Assembly (NCBI GenBank): GCA_030390025.1
Contig: CM059425.1
Span: 155,124,001-155,188,000, forward strand
Direction: 5' to 3'
DNA from: Squalus acanthias
Taxonomy: Eukaryota
Length of the DNA stretch: 64,000 nt
In this document: one piece after another, positions 62,650 through 64,000 of the stretch
Layout of the letters: each line of letters opens with the position of its first letter
Numbering within the stretch: the first letter of the stretch is position 1
The notes under the pieces: generated by a model
Told to the model about the DNA's origin: nothing
Databases searched by the model: none
The model's input: the letters and a program-made list of their open reading frames with translations, nothing else
Translations under genes and position numbers: made by a program

Positions 62650-64000
62650 ACTGGACGGACCACCCGGCATCAACATAGGCACCGGCTTCAGACATGACAG
62701 CAGCACACCCAGCCCAGTCGACTCTGCAAAGTCCTCCTCACTAACATCTGGGGACTTGTGCCAAAATTGGGAGAGCTGTCCCACAGACTAGTCAAGCAAC
62801 AGCCTGACATAGTCATACACACAGAATCATACCTTTCAGCCAATGTCCCAGACTCCCCCATCACCATCCCTGGGTATGTCCTGTCCCACCGGCAGGACAG
62901 ACCCACTAGAGGTGGTGGCACACTTTTATACAGTCGGGAAGGAGTGGCCCTGGGAGTCCTCAACATTGAATCCGGACTCCATGAAGTCTCCTGCTGATTA
63001 CCACCTACCGCCCTCCATCAGCTGATGAATCAGTACTCCTCCATGTTGAACACAACTTGGAAGAAGCACTGAGGGTAGCAAGGGCACAGAATGTACTCTT
63101 CTTCAATGTCCATCACCAAGAGTGGCTCGGTAGAACCACTACTGACCGAGCTGGCCGAGTCCTGTAGTACAAAGCTGCCAGGCTGGGCCTGCGGCAGGTG
63201 GTGAGAGAACCAACATGAGGGAAAAACATACTTGACCTCGTCCTCACCAACCTACCTGTCGCAGATACATCTGTCCATGACGGTATTGGTAGCAGTGACC
63301 GCCGCACAGTCCTTGTGGAGACGAAGTCCCATCTTCACACTGAGGACACCCTCCATCGTGTTGTGTGGCACTACTACCGTGCTAAATGGGATAGATTCAG
63401 AACAGATCTAACAGCCCAAAACTGGGCATCCATCAGGAGCTGTGGGCCATCAGCAGCAGCAGAATTGTATTCCACCACAATTTGTAACCTCATGGCCCGG
63501 CATATCCCTCACTCTACCATTACCAACCCTAGTTCAATGAGAAGTGTAGAAGAACATGCCAGGAGCAGCACCAGGCGTACCTAAAAATGAGGTGCCAACC
63601 CGGGGAAGCTGCAACACAGGACTACATGCATGCTTAACAGGGGAATCAGCATGCTATAGAAGAGCTAAGCGATCCCACAATCAACGGATCTGATCAAAGC
63701 TCTGCAGTCCTGCCACATCCAGTCGTGAATGGTGGTGGACAATTAAACAACTAACTGGAGGAGGAGGCTCCATGAATATCCCCATCCTCAATGATGGTGG
63801 AGCCCAGCACGTGAGTGCAAAAGATAAGGCTGAAGCATTTGCAACCATCTTCAGCCAGAAGTGCCGGGTATATGATCCATATCGGCCTCCTCCTGAGGTC
63901 CCCACCATCACAGAAGCCAGTCTTCAGCCAATTCGATTCACTCCACATGATATCAAGAAACGGCTGAGTGCACTGGATACAGCAAAGACTTTGGGCCCTG
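62650..64000 (+). mobile_element. CR1-group LINE (family B), endonuclease region, runs off the window
   Basis: QQPDIVIHTESYL, HRQDRPTRGGG; reverse-complement match to 15300-16640. Confidence 0.9.

Overview
Vertebrate non-coding DNA, almost certainly from a cartilaginous fish (HE1-type V-SINEs, SacSINE1-type Deu-SINEs, shark-type CR1 LINEs). No host gene exon could be supported; the recognisable long ORFs belong to transposable elements, many of them nested. Best-resolved elements: (1) a complete, young Ty3/Gypsy LTR retrotransposon (48207-52688, minus strand; 194-bp LTRs differing at 2 sites; 5-bp TSD) with no tRNA primer site but an 11-nt PBS complementary to its own LTR (Tf1-like self-priming), a YLDN RT motif and a duplicated PPT; (2) a complete Tigger/pogo transposon (8957-11816) whose 588-aa DD32D transposase is broken only by one SINE; (3) five Penelope-like insertions, three of them short TSD-flanked fold-back hairpins, four carrying hammerhead ribozyme cores; (4) many CR1 and L2 LINE copies, PIF/Harbinger remnants and MITEs, a 45-bp minisatellite, and a SINE resembling LF-SINE. 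Family names come from motif recognition, not database searches. Ends of old elements are approximate.
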